Assembly (NCBI RefSeq): GCF_001194135.2
Contig: NC_069004.1
Location: 8,747,843 to 8,811,842, forward strand
Reading direction: 5' to 3'
DNA length: 64,000 bases
Source: Octopus bimaculoides
Taxonomy: Eukaryota
Shown: positions 49,995 to 62,644 of the stretch, one piece after another
Position numbering within the stretch: position 1 is the stretch's first letter
Layout of the letters: the number at the start of each line of letters is the position of its first letter
Program-made: the position numbers and the translations under genes
Notes under the pieces: generated by a model
The model's database searches: none
What the model was told of the DNA's origin: nothing
What the model saw: the letters and a program-made list of their open reading frames with translations, nothing else

Positions 49995-50440
49995 AAATTG
50001 TCAGTCTTAGTTTCAGTTCCTCCTGTACTCTCTCGAAAACATTGGGCAGCAACTTGATACCACTGGTTAAGGCTGGCTGCAGGTTTCTCAGTGTCCGGAC
50101 ATGTGATGTTAGCATTTTTCATGTCTAGTGTCCATTTGAAAACTGCTTTAGAATAGCGTTGTTTTGGTAGGGAGAGTATATGATCCATTAGGCCTAATCT
50201 TCGTTCCGTTATGATGACGCTCTCTTTAGAATATCTTCATTGGTTAAATGGTCTTACCAGTTCGTTCACAGAATCCTTTTCAAGTAATTTTAGCAGCATT
50301 TTTTCCCATTTTTTATCGGTAAGCTTCCACGTCTCACTGCATAGAGAATTGTTGGTAGAATTGTGTTCTAATTGAGCCAGAGCTTTGTTTGTAACCCGAC
50401 GATGCTGGAAGACCATATAGTGCACATCTACTAAAGTACG
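49995..50440 (-). mobile_element. RTE-clade LINE ORF C-terminal fragment
   Basis: With frameshifts reads TKLWLN*NTILPTILY..ETWKLTDKKWEKM...RRIL*TNW*DHLTNEDILKR...ERRLGLMDHILSLPKQRYSKAVFKWT, matching the RTE pattern LPTLLYGSETW...LRRIL.I.W.D..TNEEVL.R....RRL.W.GH..R. Confidence 0.8.
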
Positions 50441-50741
50441 TCCGCGGTTTTGCCATTTCTATGGTTGACCAGTGAGCACTGGAGTCGATGTAATCGACTT
50501 AAATACTCTTGGGTATGAGTATAAAAAAAAAGAACTGCACCCATCAGCCAAGCCATGTCGACCCAGTGTGGTAGAGTAGGCTCATGAAACTAGTATTATC
50601 TCAGCTCAAATTCACGGCTTACACATCGAACGGCGGCTGGTGGACAGAACATGCTGAGGTCCTCGTTCGGTAGTGAACTGAACACGAGCAAACCAATACA
50701 ATTCCTACACACACACACACACACACACACGCGCGCGCGCG

Positions 50742-50945
50742 TTGCGTTTGTCTTTGAGCCCCCTCCACACTACTTGATAACAATTGTTGGTTTGCTTACG
50801 TCCCTTATCAGTTCAGTCTTAGACACCCAAGGAATAGGCACCGCACTTAAGATAAGTACTGGGGCCGATTTCTTCGATTAAGCTTACAAGTCCGTGCTCC
50901 AGCATGGTCGCCGTCCAACGACTAAAACAAATAAAGGAATAAAAG
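50742..50945 (+). mobile_element. SINE D tail
   Basis: CTTGATAACAATTGTTGGTTTGCTTACGTCCC...GATAAGTAC.GGGGCCGATTT.TTCGA...GTGCTCCAGCATGGTCGC. Confidence 0.75.
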
Positions 50946-51194
50946 AGAAAAACATAGACTATTAATTGGCTGCTGTTTGAGACGTCAGCTGATTAATCGC
51001 GTTGGCTGCTGAGTTTTGTAGGCCTATGCTTAATATCACGCTGATACATTAGACTGATATTTCCTGACTCATGTCCTTAATTTTCTGGCGTACTTCGTCA
51101 TAGGATAGTAGCACTAGACTTAATTGCTTCATGGCATATTTAACTGGCATAATTTTGGCCATCTCCAACGCATGGGACTACACTGTGTGTGTGT

Positions 51195-51390
51195 GTGTGT
51201 TTTAGTCACCCTCGCCCCAACGCTTGACAACTGGTGTGTGTTTATGTCCTCGCAACATAGTAAAAGAGACCGATAGTATAATAACCAGACGTAAAAATAA
51301 GTACCGAGGTTGACCTGTTCGAGTAAAATCCTTGAAAGTAATGCTCCAGCATGGCCGCAGTTCAGTGATTGAAAGAAGTAAAAGATAAAT
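51195..51390 (+). mobile_element. SINE D tail
   Basis: CGCTTGACAACTGGTG...TTTATGTCC...AAAAGAGACCGATAG...ATGCTCCAGCATGGCCGCAGTTCAGTGATTGAAA. Confidence 0.8.
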
Positions 51391-51954
51391 AAAACGTCAA
51401 ATTATAAATACGAAAATAAATTTTTGGACAAAATCATTCACATCGATTTTATTACAATGATGATACACTGATGTAATGATTAAATGTGAACGAGTGGTGC
51501 TGAAGAGCACCACCAATGCCTTTATCGATCTTGAAGTTGTAAGAATAAGGCGGGAAATCTACAAAAATGGATGAGCACAACTTTAATCACACCAGTAAAT
51601 CAACTGACATGACACTGAGGAGCATTTTGGTCACCTCTTAGCGAATATTGTTCTTAGGTCTACTCTGACCTGGATTAATAGTACCTTTCAGGGTTCCAGC
51701 TATGACTTAATAGCCATGTCACTGAATTTCCCCTGGAAGTAGGTCACTCACAGACGCCCCAAGTCACCCTCAACGAACCTAGGGTAGATGATGTCTTTCA
51801 GCTCCTTAGCTGCTCATCCGAGAGAAGGTAACGCCATACAAATCCTGCATTCTGATAACTACTAGGCTTATGGCACATGCTGCACCAGGCCATTACAAGT
51901 TCGAAGCATAAAAGAGCGGGACGAGATCTGCACAAATCATGCCTACTGTAATAA

Positions 51955-52170
51955 CGGTTACAAATTTTGGCATAAGGCCAGCAGTTGTGGGGGAAGTTGC
52001 AAGTTTATAACATTGACTCCAGTGTTCAAACGGTACATATGCTTTTGATTCTGAAAGGATAAAAGGCAAAGTCGACCCCGGCGGCATTTGAACTCATAAT
52101 ATAAAACTGGAATAAATGCCGCTAAGCATTTTTAACGGCGGGGTAACGATCCTGCCAACTCCCCTCCTTA
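51955..52170 (-). mobile_element. SINE family A
   Basis: TACAAATTTTGGCATAAGGCCAGCAG...AAAGGCAAAGTCGACCCCGGCGGCATTTGAACTCA...GATCCTGCCAACTC. Confidence 0.85.
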
Positions 52171-53670
52171 ACACCCACTGTGATAATTATATTCCTCACG
52201 CAGATTGTTTAGAGCAAAACCAAGACCCAAGCGCAATTTTTCATTAATTTTAAATAAGAATATTGCAGCTGTGTCCTGGTGAACCCCCAGATGTAGAAAT
52301 ATCGTACAAGTTTCTTAAGCATCATTTATTCAGAAGAATTATCATATGCTATAATGGAATGTGTTATAAACAAGAGATTGTATCCCATACTGCCAGGCTT
52401 TAATTCCCATACCCACCAAAGGGTATGTATGCCCCGGGTTAACGACCAATGGCTTTAATTCTCATGCCCCCAAAGGGTACGTATACCCCAGTTTAAGAAC
52501 CTCTGACTTAGTGCCTCCAAAGTTGGCTCGTGGTTGAAAGAGATTTTCAGTCTTTGGTAGCATTCTTTCTTTCTTTCATTCTTTCTTTCTATTTTTTTGT
52601 TTTTGTTTGATACAACTAGAACCCAAATAATTATAGGTTGCGTCATTAGTTACCCCTAATTAACGTCATGTTAAATGTTTAGGTTCTTCAGATGCCTACT
52701 GTTTGGATAGCGCCTTCCTCAATTCCTCTTCGTCACATTACCACCACCACCATCATCATCATCATCTTCGTCAGAAGCAGCAGCATCACCACCAATACCA
52801 CTACCACCTCTACCACGACTATCATCACCACTACCACCACCGATGCAACACTTTTTTTTCATAGTATGGCATATCAATCATCCAACAAGCCATGCTCTTG
52901 TGTCTTTGATGATTATGTCAGGCAGGTTATCAACTATTTTTCTCCACGCAAAATATTTCATCGTCTTTAGAGAATTCTTTATTTTTAGATGCATTTTTTT
53001 CATTGTGGGAAACGTTAGCGCAGCCGTTTATTTGAAGTGAGAATCTTCTATGGTCTTATATTTATATATTTTCCAGATTAAATTACTTATCACCGCAGAA
53101 TTGAGCTTGTTCCTACGAAGTCATTTGACATGCTAGAAATATCAACGAATCGCTTCCGTTAATTTATAAACTATTATGTGTGCATTTGGTCCTCAGGCTG
53201 ATGGAAACATGGCATAACTAGGGAAATGGATCTATGCGTCGTCTCTCGCCGTTCGGTCGATCACTTGCAGTAATGTGACACAATCAGGCCAGCCCTGATC
53301 GCTTACATAACACTGCACAATCGGAGAGTTGGGCTAGATTGCCACAACAATACACTAATATTCTGTTTTACTAGTCACAATATATTATTGTACTAAAATA
53401 ATACTAAATATTGCACTATAATATTGCTCAGAGTTGCATGTACGCTAATAATGTTCAGTAAATTCTGTTTCACAGGGTCGATATGTGAATAGTGGTGGTA
53501 TTAAAGACGAAAGTCACACGGCAAATATATTTTAAGAGATAAATATAGGAGACTGTATGATAGACAAGGAGACAGAGAGATAGATTGTGATATCGGCAAA
53601 TTAAGAGAGAGAGAAATAGAGAGAGAGAGAACATGTAAGATATATATTCCTGTATGTGTGTACGTATGTA

Positions 53671-53714
<44 letters not shown>

Positions 53715-54026
53715 NNNNNNNNNNNNNNNNNNNNNNNNNNNNNNNNNNNNNNNNNNNNNNNNNNNNNNNNNNNNNNNNNNNNNNNNNNNNNNNNNNNNNN
53801 NNNNNNNNNNNNNNNNNNNNNNNNNNNNNNNNNNNNNNNNNNNNNNNNNNNNNNNNNNNNNNNNNNNNNNNNNNNNNNNNNNNNNNNNNNNNNNNNNNNN
53901 NNNNNNNNNNNNNNNNNNNNNNNNNNNNNNNNNNNNNNNNNNNNNNNNNNNNNNNNNNNNNNNNNNNNNNNNNNNNNNNNNNNNNNNNNNNNNNNNNNNN
54001 NNNNNNNNNNNNNNNNNNNNNNNNNN

Positions 54027-54075
<49 letters not shown>

Positions 54076-54191
54076 TATGTATATGTTGAGTGAAAGTTAA
54101 TTACTAATGAGTGGGCGAAAGATAGGAAGTTAGCATGGAATTTAAATAGAATTTGTGACAGATGCAGACATTACATACATACATACATATA

Positions 54192-54280
<89 letters not shown>

Positions 54281-54488
54281 ATATATAAATATACATATCA
54301 TTATAGGCATGTGTATTTATGTGCATAGATACACATGCATAATTATGTGTGTGGCTATGCATATAAATATATATACCGTACAGATTGAGTAACTTTTATA
54401 TAAATGCATACATACATATTCATACATGTATATATATATCTGCGCGCGTGTATATATATATATATATATATATATAAATACATACATA

Positions 54489-54545
<57 letters not shown>

Positions 54546-54555
54546 NNNNNNNNNN

Positions 54556-54647
<92 letters not shown>

Positions 54648-57429
54648 TCACAATATGTATATGTACAAATATATCCATATATATATACATGTATATATAT
54701 ATATATTTATGAATATATACTCACACACTCATACACACACAAACATGGACATATATACACACATATATATATGTTTATATATATGTATGTATCAGTGTGT
54801 GTGTCTGTGTGGAGAGAGATGAAAGATGTCTAAAACGACGAAATTCCTTCGACAAAATCTTTGGTATCACCTTCGCATTGGCAGTTGCTTCCATCTAAAC
54901 TGCATCAAGTCTTTGAGACGCCAACAGAATCAACGAGTAAATGAAGAGGTTATCAACAAATGACATCGCAAACATTGGCTCTTCAAATCTGTCACGCCAT
55001 CTGACGGAAGATCTTGCCATGAATATTCTCTCTTCTCCCTTTGCCTCAATTTGCTTCTATGTGTCTCTCTTTTTCCTCCTCTACCCTCTTTCTCTCCCCT
55101 CTATCAAGCCTTGCCCTTTTCTCTTTTCCCTTCTTTATGGTGGAGTATTTACTGAGAAATACATGCTTCCCATATCAACGACACCAACAATTTACAAATA
55201 AATATACAAATTGTTTACTTTTACGGATTTGTTTTGTAATTTTTTTCAGACATTTTATCTTATATATATTTTTCTATGTATCTTCGCTATTTTACTTTAG
55301 ATTTTCACTGTTTCTTACATATAATTCCACCCACCTCTCAAATATCGTTAAATTAAATTAGTCATGATGGGAGTTAAAGTAAAAATTTAAAAGGACAAAA
55401 AGAAGAGAGTCTACAAATACAATCTCGAAATACACAACGACAACAACTAAACAACATAGATTATGAGATTAGGTGTACAATTTTGAAGAAGCAGAAAAGA
55501 TATCGTCGAAATAAAACGTTTAAATCGCCATCCAAGTATGACACGCATGATAGCATGATTAAGAACAAAACGTTCCCTTATATTACTCTTTCTCTCTCTG
55601 TCTCTCTCTCTCTCTCTCTCTGTATATATNNNNNNNNNNNNNNNNNNNNNNNNNNNNNNNNNNNNNNNNNNNNNNNNNNNNNNNNNNNNNNNNNNNNNNN
55701 NNNNNNNNNNNNNNNNNNNNNNNNNNNNNNNNNNNNNNNNNNNNNNNNNNNNNNNNNNNNNNNNNNNNNNNNNNNNNNNNNNNNNNNNNNNNNNNNNNNN
55801 NNNNNNNNNNNNNNNNNNNNNNNNNNNNNNNNNNNNNNNNNNNNNNNNNNNNNNNNNNNNNNNNNNNNNNNNNNNNNNNNNNNNNNNNNNNNNNNNNNNN
55901 NNNNNNNNNNNNNNNNNNNNNNNNNNNNNNNNNNNNNNNNNNNNNNNNNNNNNNNNNNNNNNNNNNNNNNNNNNNNNNNNNNNNNNNNNNNNNNNNNNNN
56001 NNNNGAAACAACAATTAGAAGGACAGGCAAAAGAGAGACGGGTCATTCTTGGCTTTCTTTCATCAGTCAAGTACCAGACGTCACGACCACTTTGGACAGC
56101 TACACTTGAGATTGTTCGATCTGGTTGTCTCTCTTCCCCACCAATCTAACCGAAGAGCAGCATTAGACCCCTTTGTAAGAAAGCTAGCGAATGTGTACGG
56201 CAACAAAGACAAAAAAAAAACAGACAAAAAAAACGGAGAACATAGTACAGAATTGCGAATACAAACAACAAGAAATAACAACAGGCGTCTTTCGACTGAG
56301 AACAATTCAAATTGAGCCGGCGTGTACGGAGTGAAAGCCTAAAGGCAGAAACATAGGAGATGGACACAAGACGTGTTGACGGTCGGCAGTCAGGCCAAGA
56401 AATAAAGATCATGGTTGGCCGGATACCGGTCACGTTGAAGGAGGAGAAATTGGTAGGGGACAGCGGGATTGAAGGATTAGAAAAAAATCAGAAAGTTCCA
56501 TGTAATCACCAAGGTCAGTAGAAAGCGGTCTTTCGAGCTAAAATAAGAGGACAACTACGCTGTTGTGGCTCATACAGAAGAAGATATTCCGACACTCCTT
56601 CCAGTGGTGGGTGAGAATATACAGAAGGATTGGGCTGATTATGAAAACCACCAACACAGTAGGTGTTAATAAAATGGGGTGCCAGTATGCCACCCACTTT
56701 ACCTGAAAAAAAAAAAAAAAATTCATTCATACATCCATACGCTGACACGCCAACGTGTAAGCACATATACACAGCACGCACACACACGCATACATATGTA
56801 TATGTACATATATATATTTATATGTATATACATNNNNNNNNNNNNNNNNNNNNNNNNNNNNNNNNNNNNNNNNNNNNNNNNNNNNNNNNNNNNNNNNNNN
56901 NNNNNNNNNNNNNNNNNNNNNNNNNNNNNNNNNNNNNNNNNNNNNNNNNNNNNNNNNNNNNNNNNNNNNNNNNNNNNNNNNNNNNNNNNNNNNNNNNNNN
57001 NNNNNNNNNNNNNNNNNNNNNNNNNNNNNNNNNNNNNNNNNNNNNNNNNNNNNNNNNNNNNNNNNNNNNNNNNNNNNNNNNNNNNNNNNNNNNNNNNNNN
57101 NNNNNNNNNNNNNNNNNNNNNNNNNNNNNNNNNNNNNNNNNNNNNNNNNNNNNNNNNNNNNNNNNNNNNNNNNNNNNNNNNNNNNNNNNNNNNNNNNNNN
57201 NNNNNNNNNNNNNNNNNNNNNNNNNNNNNNNNNNNNNNNNNNNNNNNNNNNNNNNNNNNNNNNNNNNNNNNNNNNNNNNNNNNNNNNNNNNNNNNNNNNN
57301 NNNNNNNNNNNNNNNNNNNNNNNNNNNNNNNNNNCCGTCATCATATTCAGCATCCTCACCACCACCACCACCACCACCACTACCATCACTTCTCAGAAAG
57401 ATGAAAATATGATATGGTTAATGAGGGAG

Positions 57430-57463
<34 letters not shown>

Positions 57464-57794
57464 GGAAGGAGACACAACAATAATAACAAAATAACTATAA
57501 CTATAACTAATATTACAACGCCAACAATAACAACAACAACAACAACAGTAGCAGCAGCCGCAGCAACAACAGCAACAACCTCGCAATAATTTGAAGCACA
57601 TGGGTGATCTAGTGGAAGAAGTGAAACCGCATAATCCAGTAAAATCCTAAAGATGATAATCTGTTTAATCAGGCGGATTAAACAAAACTACGTTGTGTTG
57701 AGCAAGATCAAATGAATGTGTTGTGTCTCCAGGGTTGTTTTGGAGATCCTTAAGTAAAAAGGGATCACTTTCAACTTTCACAACTGTGATTACA

Positions 57795-57940
57795 AGTGGC
57801 TGTGTGGTAAGTAGCTTGCTCACCAACCACATGGTTCCGGGTTCAGTCTCACTGCGTGGCACCTTGGGCAAGTGTCTCGGGCCGGCCAAAGCCTTGTGAG
57901 TGGATTTGGTAGACGGAAACTGAAAGAAGCTCGTCGTATA
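57795..57940 (+). mobile_element. CORE-type SINE, family B head
   Basis: AGTGGCTGTGTGGTAAGTAGCTTGC...GGCACCTTGGGCAAGTGTC...GAAACTGAAAGAAGCTCGTCGTATA. Confidence 0.9.
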
Positions 57941-58080
57941 TATGTATATNNNNNNNNNNNNNNNNNNNNNNNNNNNNNNNNNNNNNNNNNNNNNNNNNNN
58001 NNNNNNNNNNNNNNNNNNNNNNNNNNNNNNNNNNNNNNNNNNNNNNNNNNNNNNNNNNNNNNNNNNNNNNNNNNNNNNNN

Positions 58081-58114
<34 letters not shown>

Positions 58115-58169
58115 GTGTGTGTATATGTTTCTGTGTTTGTGTTTGTCAGAGAGAGAGAGAAAACCATCG

Positions 58170-59069
58170 AACGCATGGACACTATAGGGACACTTCAGTT
58201 CATCCAACGGGTTCAAAATGCTGTCGATGTTAACCCCATAAATTAATAAGGATTATCGTAAAAAAAACTTCAGATATCGGAGTGGATTATCAGAAATGTG
58301 GTGCACGAGGACATCTAATATAAGTTCACGTCTGCAAAGTCACACGAAACCCATTTGATTCGTGCCATACGGTTACTTAATTAGGTCAAAAATTCTCACG
58401 AACATGGCGTGATTTGGCATTTCTCTCTTGAGAAAAACTCCGACAAAGGCCAAAAGTCTAACAGAAGAAATGACAGATGGTTGTGAGCAGATCTTTCTGA
58501 TTTCATCAACGTGATGCACACTAGTTTCCAGCAATTGTGATGGTTTTCGGAGTGGTGAGTAACGAATTCATGTTACGCTACCTCATATCTTTCATACTGC
58601 TGAATGCGTTGAGGTTCTGGAAGTAGTTGTTAAGCGCTGGATGGATGAAATACGCAGTGAGAAACCATAAGTGTTTTAACAAGGTTCATCATCTCTCAAA
58701 GCCCACATAACTCAAGAATAACTTTTACGATCGCGTAACACCAAACGTGTGGTTTACCAGATTTAAATCCTATGGACTCCAACAACGTTTCGATCGTAGT
58801 TGAAAGGGAAGCAAATTAAAATCCTCACAATACCAAAGCTTCATTGAAGGCTGTCCAGGTGATGTTCGACACGAATAAGGATCACTTAGTGCAGGCCTGT
58901 CCATGATTCCGGCCCGTGTTAAAACAGTTTCAGCTAAAGGTGGATTCATGAAATAAAGTTTACTGAGAATCTGAGCGAACATTATTTTAAAAATATATTT
59001 GCCATTTTGTTGGATTGGAGTTGTTTTATTAAATTATCAGATATGTCCCCAAACACCTCTCGCATCCTG
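58170..59069 (+). pseudogene. maT (DD37D) Tc1/mariner transposase fossil with right end
   Basis: Reads FIQRVQNAVDVNP...IRNVVHEDI...FSLEKNSDKGQKSNRRNDRWL...VMHT.FPAIVMVFGVVSN...PDLNPMD...KGGFMK* with many disablements; ends ...CGCATCCTG-TA (59069-59071). Confidence 0.85.
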
Positions 59070-59679
59070 TATACACATGTGCGTGGATGTGTATGTATGT
59101 AGATATATAGCTTTAGTAACATATATTCGCATACATAGTGTAAGATGTGTGTGTGTGTGTGTAGTTAAGTGTATTTATATATCTATGTGTATGTGTGTAT
59201 ATGTGTCTATGAATGTGGAAATTGTTGTTGCGTGTGAGGTTTAAAAGCAATAAACAAATGAAAATAAGAATTTCAGATGTTAACGAGATATTTGTGCCAA
59301 GAAATTGAAAACAAACATCACGCACGCACACACACGCACACACACACACATTCAAACATCCTACATACATGCATACACACCTACATGCACATACACACAT
59401 ACAAACAAATACACATGTACCCACACGCATACTTATGTATATATTTCATAAAGTAATTTTCTAAGTGGAAATATTTACAAATCTATCACGTGATTAAATG
59501 TGTGTGTGTGTGTGTGTGCGTGGAATGGACTCAGCACGCTTCTGGCATATGTAATGCAATAATGTTTTGAGCACTTTTAGGTTTTCACAATGAAACATAA
59601 ATATATATGTATACAACTACCAACCTACCAACCTACCAACCTACCTACCCCCCACACATATATGGCAGAGGTGAGGGCG

Positions 59680-59895
59680 CCTTTGGTCCTCTGTTTCTCT
59701 CCCACCATCGCTTGACAACCCGTGTTGGCGTATTTACGTCCCCGTAATATATCAGTTCGGCAAAATAAAATAGAAAGATAGAACCAAGTACCAGGCTTAA
59801 AAAAAATACTGGGGCCGATTCATTCGACTAAAAATTCTTCAGTACTATGCTCCAGTAGGGCCGCAGTGTGGCAATCGAAAAGAGTAAACGTTAAA
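59680..59895 (+). mobile_element. SINE D tail
   Basis: CCACCATCGCTTGACAACCCGTGTTGGCGTATTTACGTCCCCGTAA...GTTCGGCAAAA...TACTGGGGCCGATTCATTCGACTAAAA...TGCTCCAGTAGGGCCGCAG. Confidence 0.8.
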
Positions 59896-60061
59896 AGGAA
59901 GACATAGCGTGTATAAACGTACAGTTAGACATATATACGCAAATAGATGTTTCGCCCCCCTCTCTCTATATGTGTGTGTCTGTGTGTGTGTGTGTGTGTG
60001 TGTGTATGTCTGCGTGAAATATAGGAAGTACGAGGAAACATCAAATAATTTTAACGTCTGA

Positions 60062-60719
60062 ATCTACATGGAGATGAATAAAAGCATGTAATATATTAGG
60101 ATAAAGATAATAAAAATGTTCTTCACAGTGGTTGGACCAAAATGAAGCACCGAAAACCTTCCCTGAACCCGAGCTCTTCAAAAACAAGGCTACGGTGACT
60201 GTTTGGTGGTGTACTGCCGGAGTCATCCAGTATAACTTCTTAAAATTCGTAAAAACCATTAATGCAGAAACATAATGCTATGAAATTGCCAAAATGAACG
60301 AAAAACTGCTACTTCTCCGTTACCAGACTGGTCAACAGAAGAGAGCCAATCATTCCTCAGGACAATGCTCGACCACACATTTCACTAATGACACTCCAGA
60401 AGTTGAGGGAACTTGGCTACGAAGTTCTTTCCCACCCAGTTTATTCCCAAGACTTTCTCCTACCGACTACCAGTTTTTCAAGATTTCATGCGAGAGAAGG
60501 AGTTCAAAGATCAAACTGATGCTGAAAGTGCGTTCAAAGAGTTCATCAGCACCAGAACTCCAGATTTTTATGTTACCGGAATAAACGAAATTGTAACTCG
60601 TTGGCAAAAATGTGTTGATTGTAACGGAACTTACTTTGATGAATAAAACATCCGCATTGTTGAAATATATTGTGATGAATTTTATGTTTCAAAACGTTGC
60701 TTACATTTTACTCAGCCTA

Positions 60720-60720
<1 letters not shown>
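60062..60720 (+). pseudogene. Mariner transposase fossil, Hsmar1/cecropia-like, catalytic domain plus right TIR
   Basis: GDE...SQWLDQNEAPKTFPEPEL..KATVTVWWCTAGVIQYNFL...QDNARPHIS..TLQKLRELGYEVLSHPVYS..SPTDYQFF...RWQKCVDCNGTYFDE*; end TTACATTTTACTCAGCCTAA-TA resembles the Hsmar1-type TIR. Confidence 0.92.
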
Positions 60721-60751
<31 letters not shown>

Positions 60752-61879
60752 GTATNNNNNNNNNNNNNNNNNNNNNNNNNNNNNNNNNNNNNNNNNNNNN
60801 NNNNNNNNNNNNNNNNNNNNNNNNNNNNNNNNNNNNNNNNNNNNNNNNNNNNNNNNNNNNNNNNNNNNNNNNNNNNNNNNNNNNNNNNNNNNNNNNNNNN
60901 NNNNNNNNNNNNNNNNNNNNNNNNNNNNNNNNNNNNNNNNNNNNNNNNNNNNNNNNNNNNNNNNNNNNNNNNNNNNNNNNNNNNNNNNNNNNNNNNNNNN
61001 NNNNNNNNNATATATATATATATATATCCAATGGACCAGTCACTGGATAAGTTTGGCACAGAAATGTTAACATAGAGTGGTGAATAAATCGATATATCGA
61101 ATTTGAAGTCTCTGTCTCTTTTGAATATGAAAATTTAAAAGTTTAAAAACCTTATGATATATATATATATATATATTTGTATATTCACGGAAGCTTTTAT
61201 ATGTGTATGTGTTTATATACATATATGCGGGATTATGTGTGTGTATGATACGCTTCCGAACGGGGATCATTTCTCAATCAGTCAGCCGTACGAGTCAGCA
61301 GCTTGGAAGGTTATAAAATGACGCTTTCTTGCGTCGACGACATAGATTATAGATTTTTGGTTGTGATTTTTTCTACGCATCAGGGAAATACAAAAAAAAC
61401 TCTTTTGAAATACCCAAGGGAGAATTTGTGCGTGTGCCGGTATGTCAAAATTAATCCTTTTGTAAGCTGAGGCAGGGTGTATGATGTAGTGTTTTCCTGT
61501 AGAAAAGAAGATGCATGACTGAACAGTTATTAAAGGTTTGTATCCTACTTAATACTGCCCGTAAATTATGGTAAATTTTACATTGACTCTCAATTTCCAA
61601 ATTTACCCTGAAAATAATGTGTTTTCCAGAAGTTTGCGGAACGATCTACTGTGTTGGTTCGAGGAACCTTTAAAGTATGCCCTATAAGCATTTTGTAGCT
61701 TGATGTTGCGTTGCTGATGAAGATATCAACCCGGTATGCAAAGTCTTTTTCCTCCTGTGATTTCGAAATTGCGTAGTGGATACCTTTTGCTGTATATTTA
61801 ATTACAATATTTTCGCATTTTAGCATTAGGAATATTTTCCCTGCAGCAGCTCACCTTAAAGTTGGTTTTGTTATAAATA

Positions 61880-62422
61880 TTATGGAATTTAAGCACGTTC
61901 TTCATCTGACCATCATCTTTTCGTATCGTTGCAACGTTATTTTGAGGCAGGGGTTCCCAACCGTTTTTTTAATGAACCCCTTTTTGATTCTTATTTTATT
62001 TGGGTGGACCCCCTTAGCCATTTGATCTTTTAAAAATATCCTATTGTATTTTTATAATTAAATATTATTAGGACTTGTATAAAAATTGTTAAAATATTTT
62101 GTATATTGTGGTCATATAACCAATTTACTGTACATAAGCTTTACTGCTCTGAAGTGCAATTTTTCATGACCACTGAAAAAATTTTATAGGGCGCCCAATT
62201 TATTATATTGCATCCATAGACCCACAAAAATCTTTTATAGACCCCGGTTGAGAACCCCTGCTTTGCGGGAAAGCAGTTTATTGATTGTGAAGAGGTTAAA
62301 AAAATAATATCGAGTGTTTCTTTGAATCGAAATCTGAAGGATTTTACGCTCTAGAGATGAACATTTTGCTAAGTAGATGGGATTATGCTATCAATAATGA
62401 AGGGACTTATTATCTTGATTGA
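61880..62422 (+). pseudogene. Mariner transposase C-terminal fossil split by a hAT MITE
   Basis: SDHHLFVSLQRYFE | MITE | AGKQFIDCEEVKKII...FYALEMNILLSRWDYAINNEGTYYLD*. Confidence 0.8.
61948..62260. mobile_element. hAT MITE, 313 bp
   Basis: TIRs CAGGGGTTCCCAACC and GGTTGAGAACCCCTG; flanks TTTTGAGG and CTTTGCGG (6/8, decayed 8-bp TSD). Confidence 0.88.
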
Positions 62423-62644
62423 ATAAATTAATTAAGACCAAAGAAGTTTTTTTTTCTTCTCATCTTCATATGCGACAGGACTTTCCAACTTTTGATCTAT
62501 TACTGCAACCACCACGGAGTTGAGTCATTAGCACCAACACCACGATCAGTACCAGCACCACCATAATCAACACCATCACCATCATCATCACCAACATCCC
62601 TACTATCATCACAACCGTAAGCACCATCACGTCTATCCATCTAT

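Noticed and set aside
51495-51520. GTGGTGCT-GAAG-AGCACCAC hairpin containing CTGAAGA as a hammerhead
   Set aside because: No GAAA box or stem II/III follows; an isolated 8-bp hairpin.
53475-53535. Terminal exon GRYVNSGGIKDESHTANIF* after a TTCTGTTTCACAG acceptor (similar case near 33911)
   Set aside because: A good acceptor alone with only a 19-codon frame is not enough evidence.
61853-61945. Minus-strand exon ending AAG|GTGAG upstream of the 61.6-kb candidate
   Set aside because: The region is the antisense of a mariner fossil, and the phase does not join the open frame.
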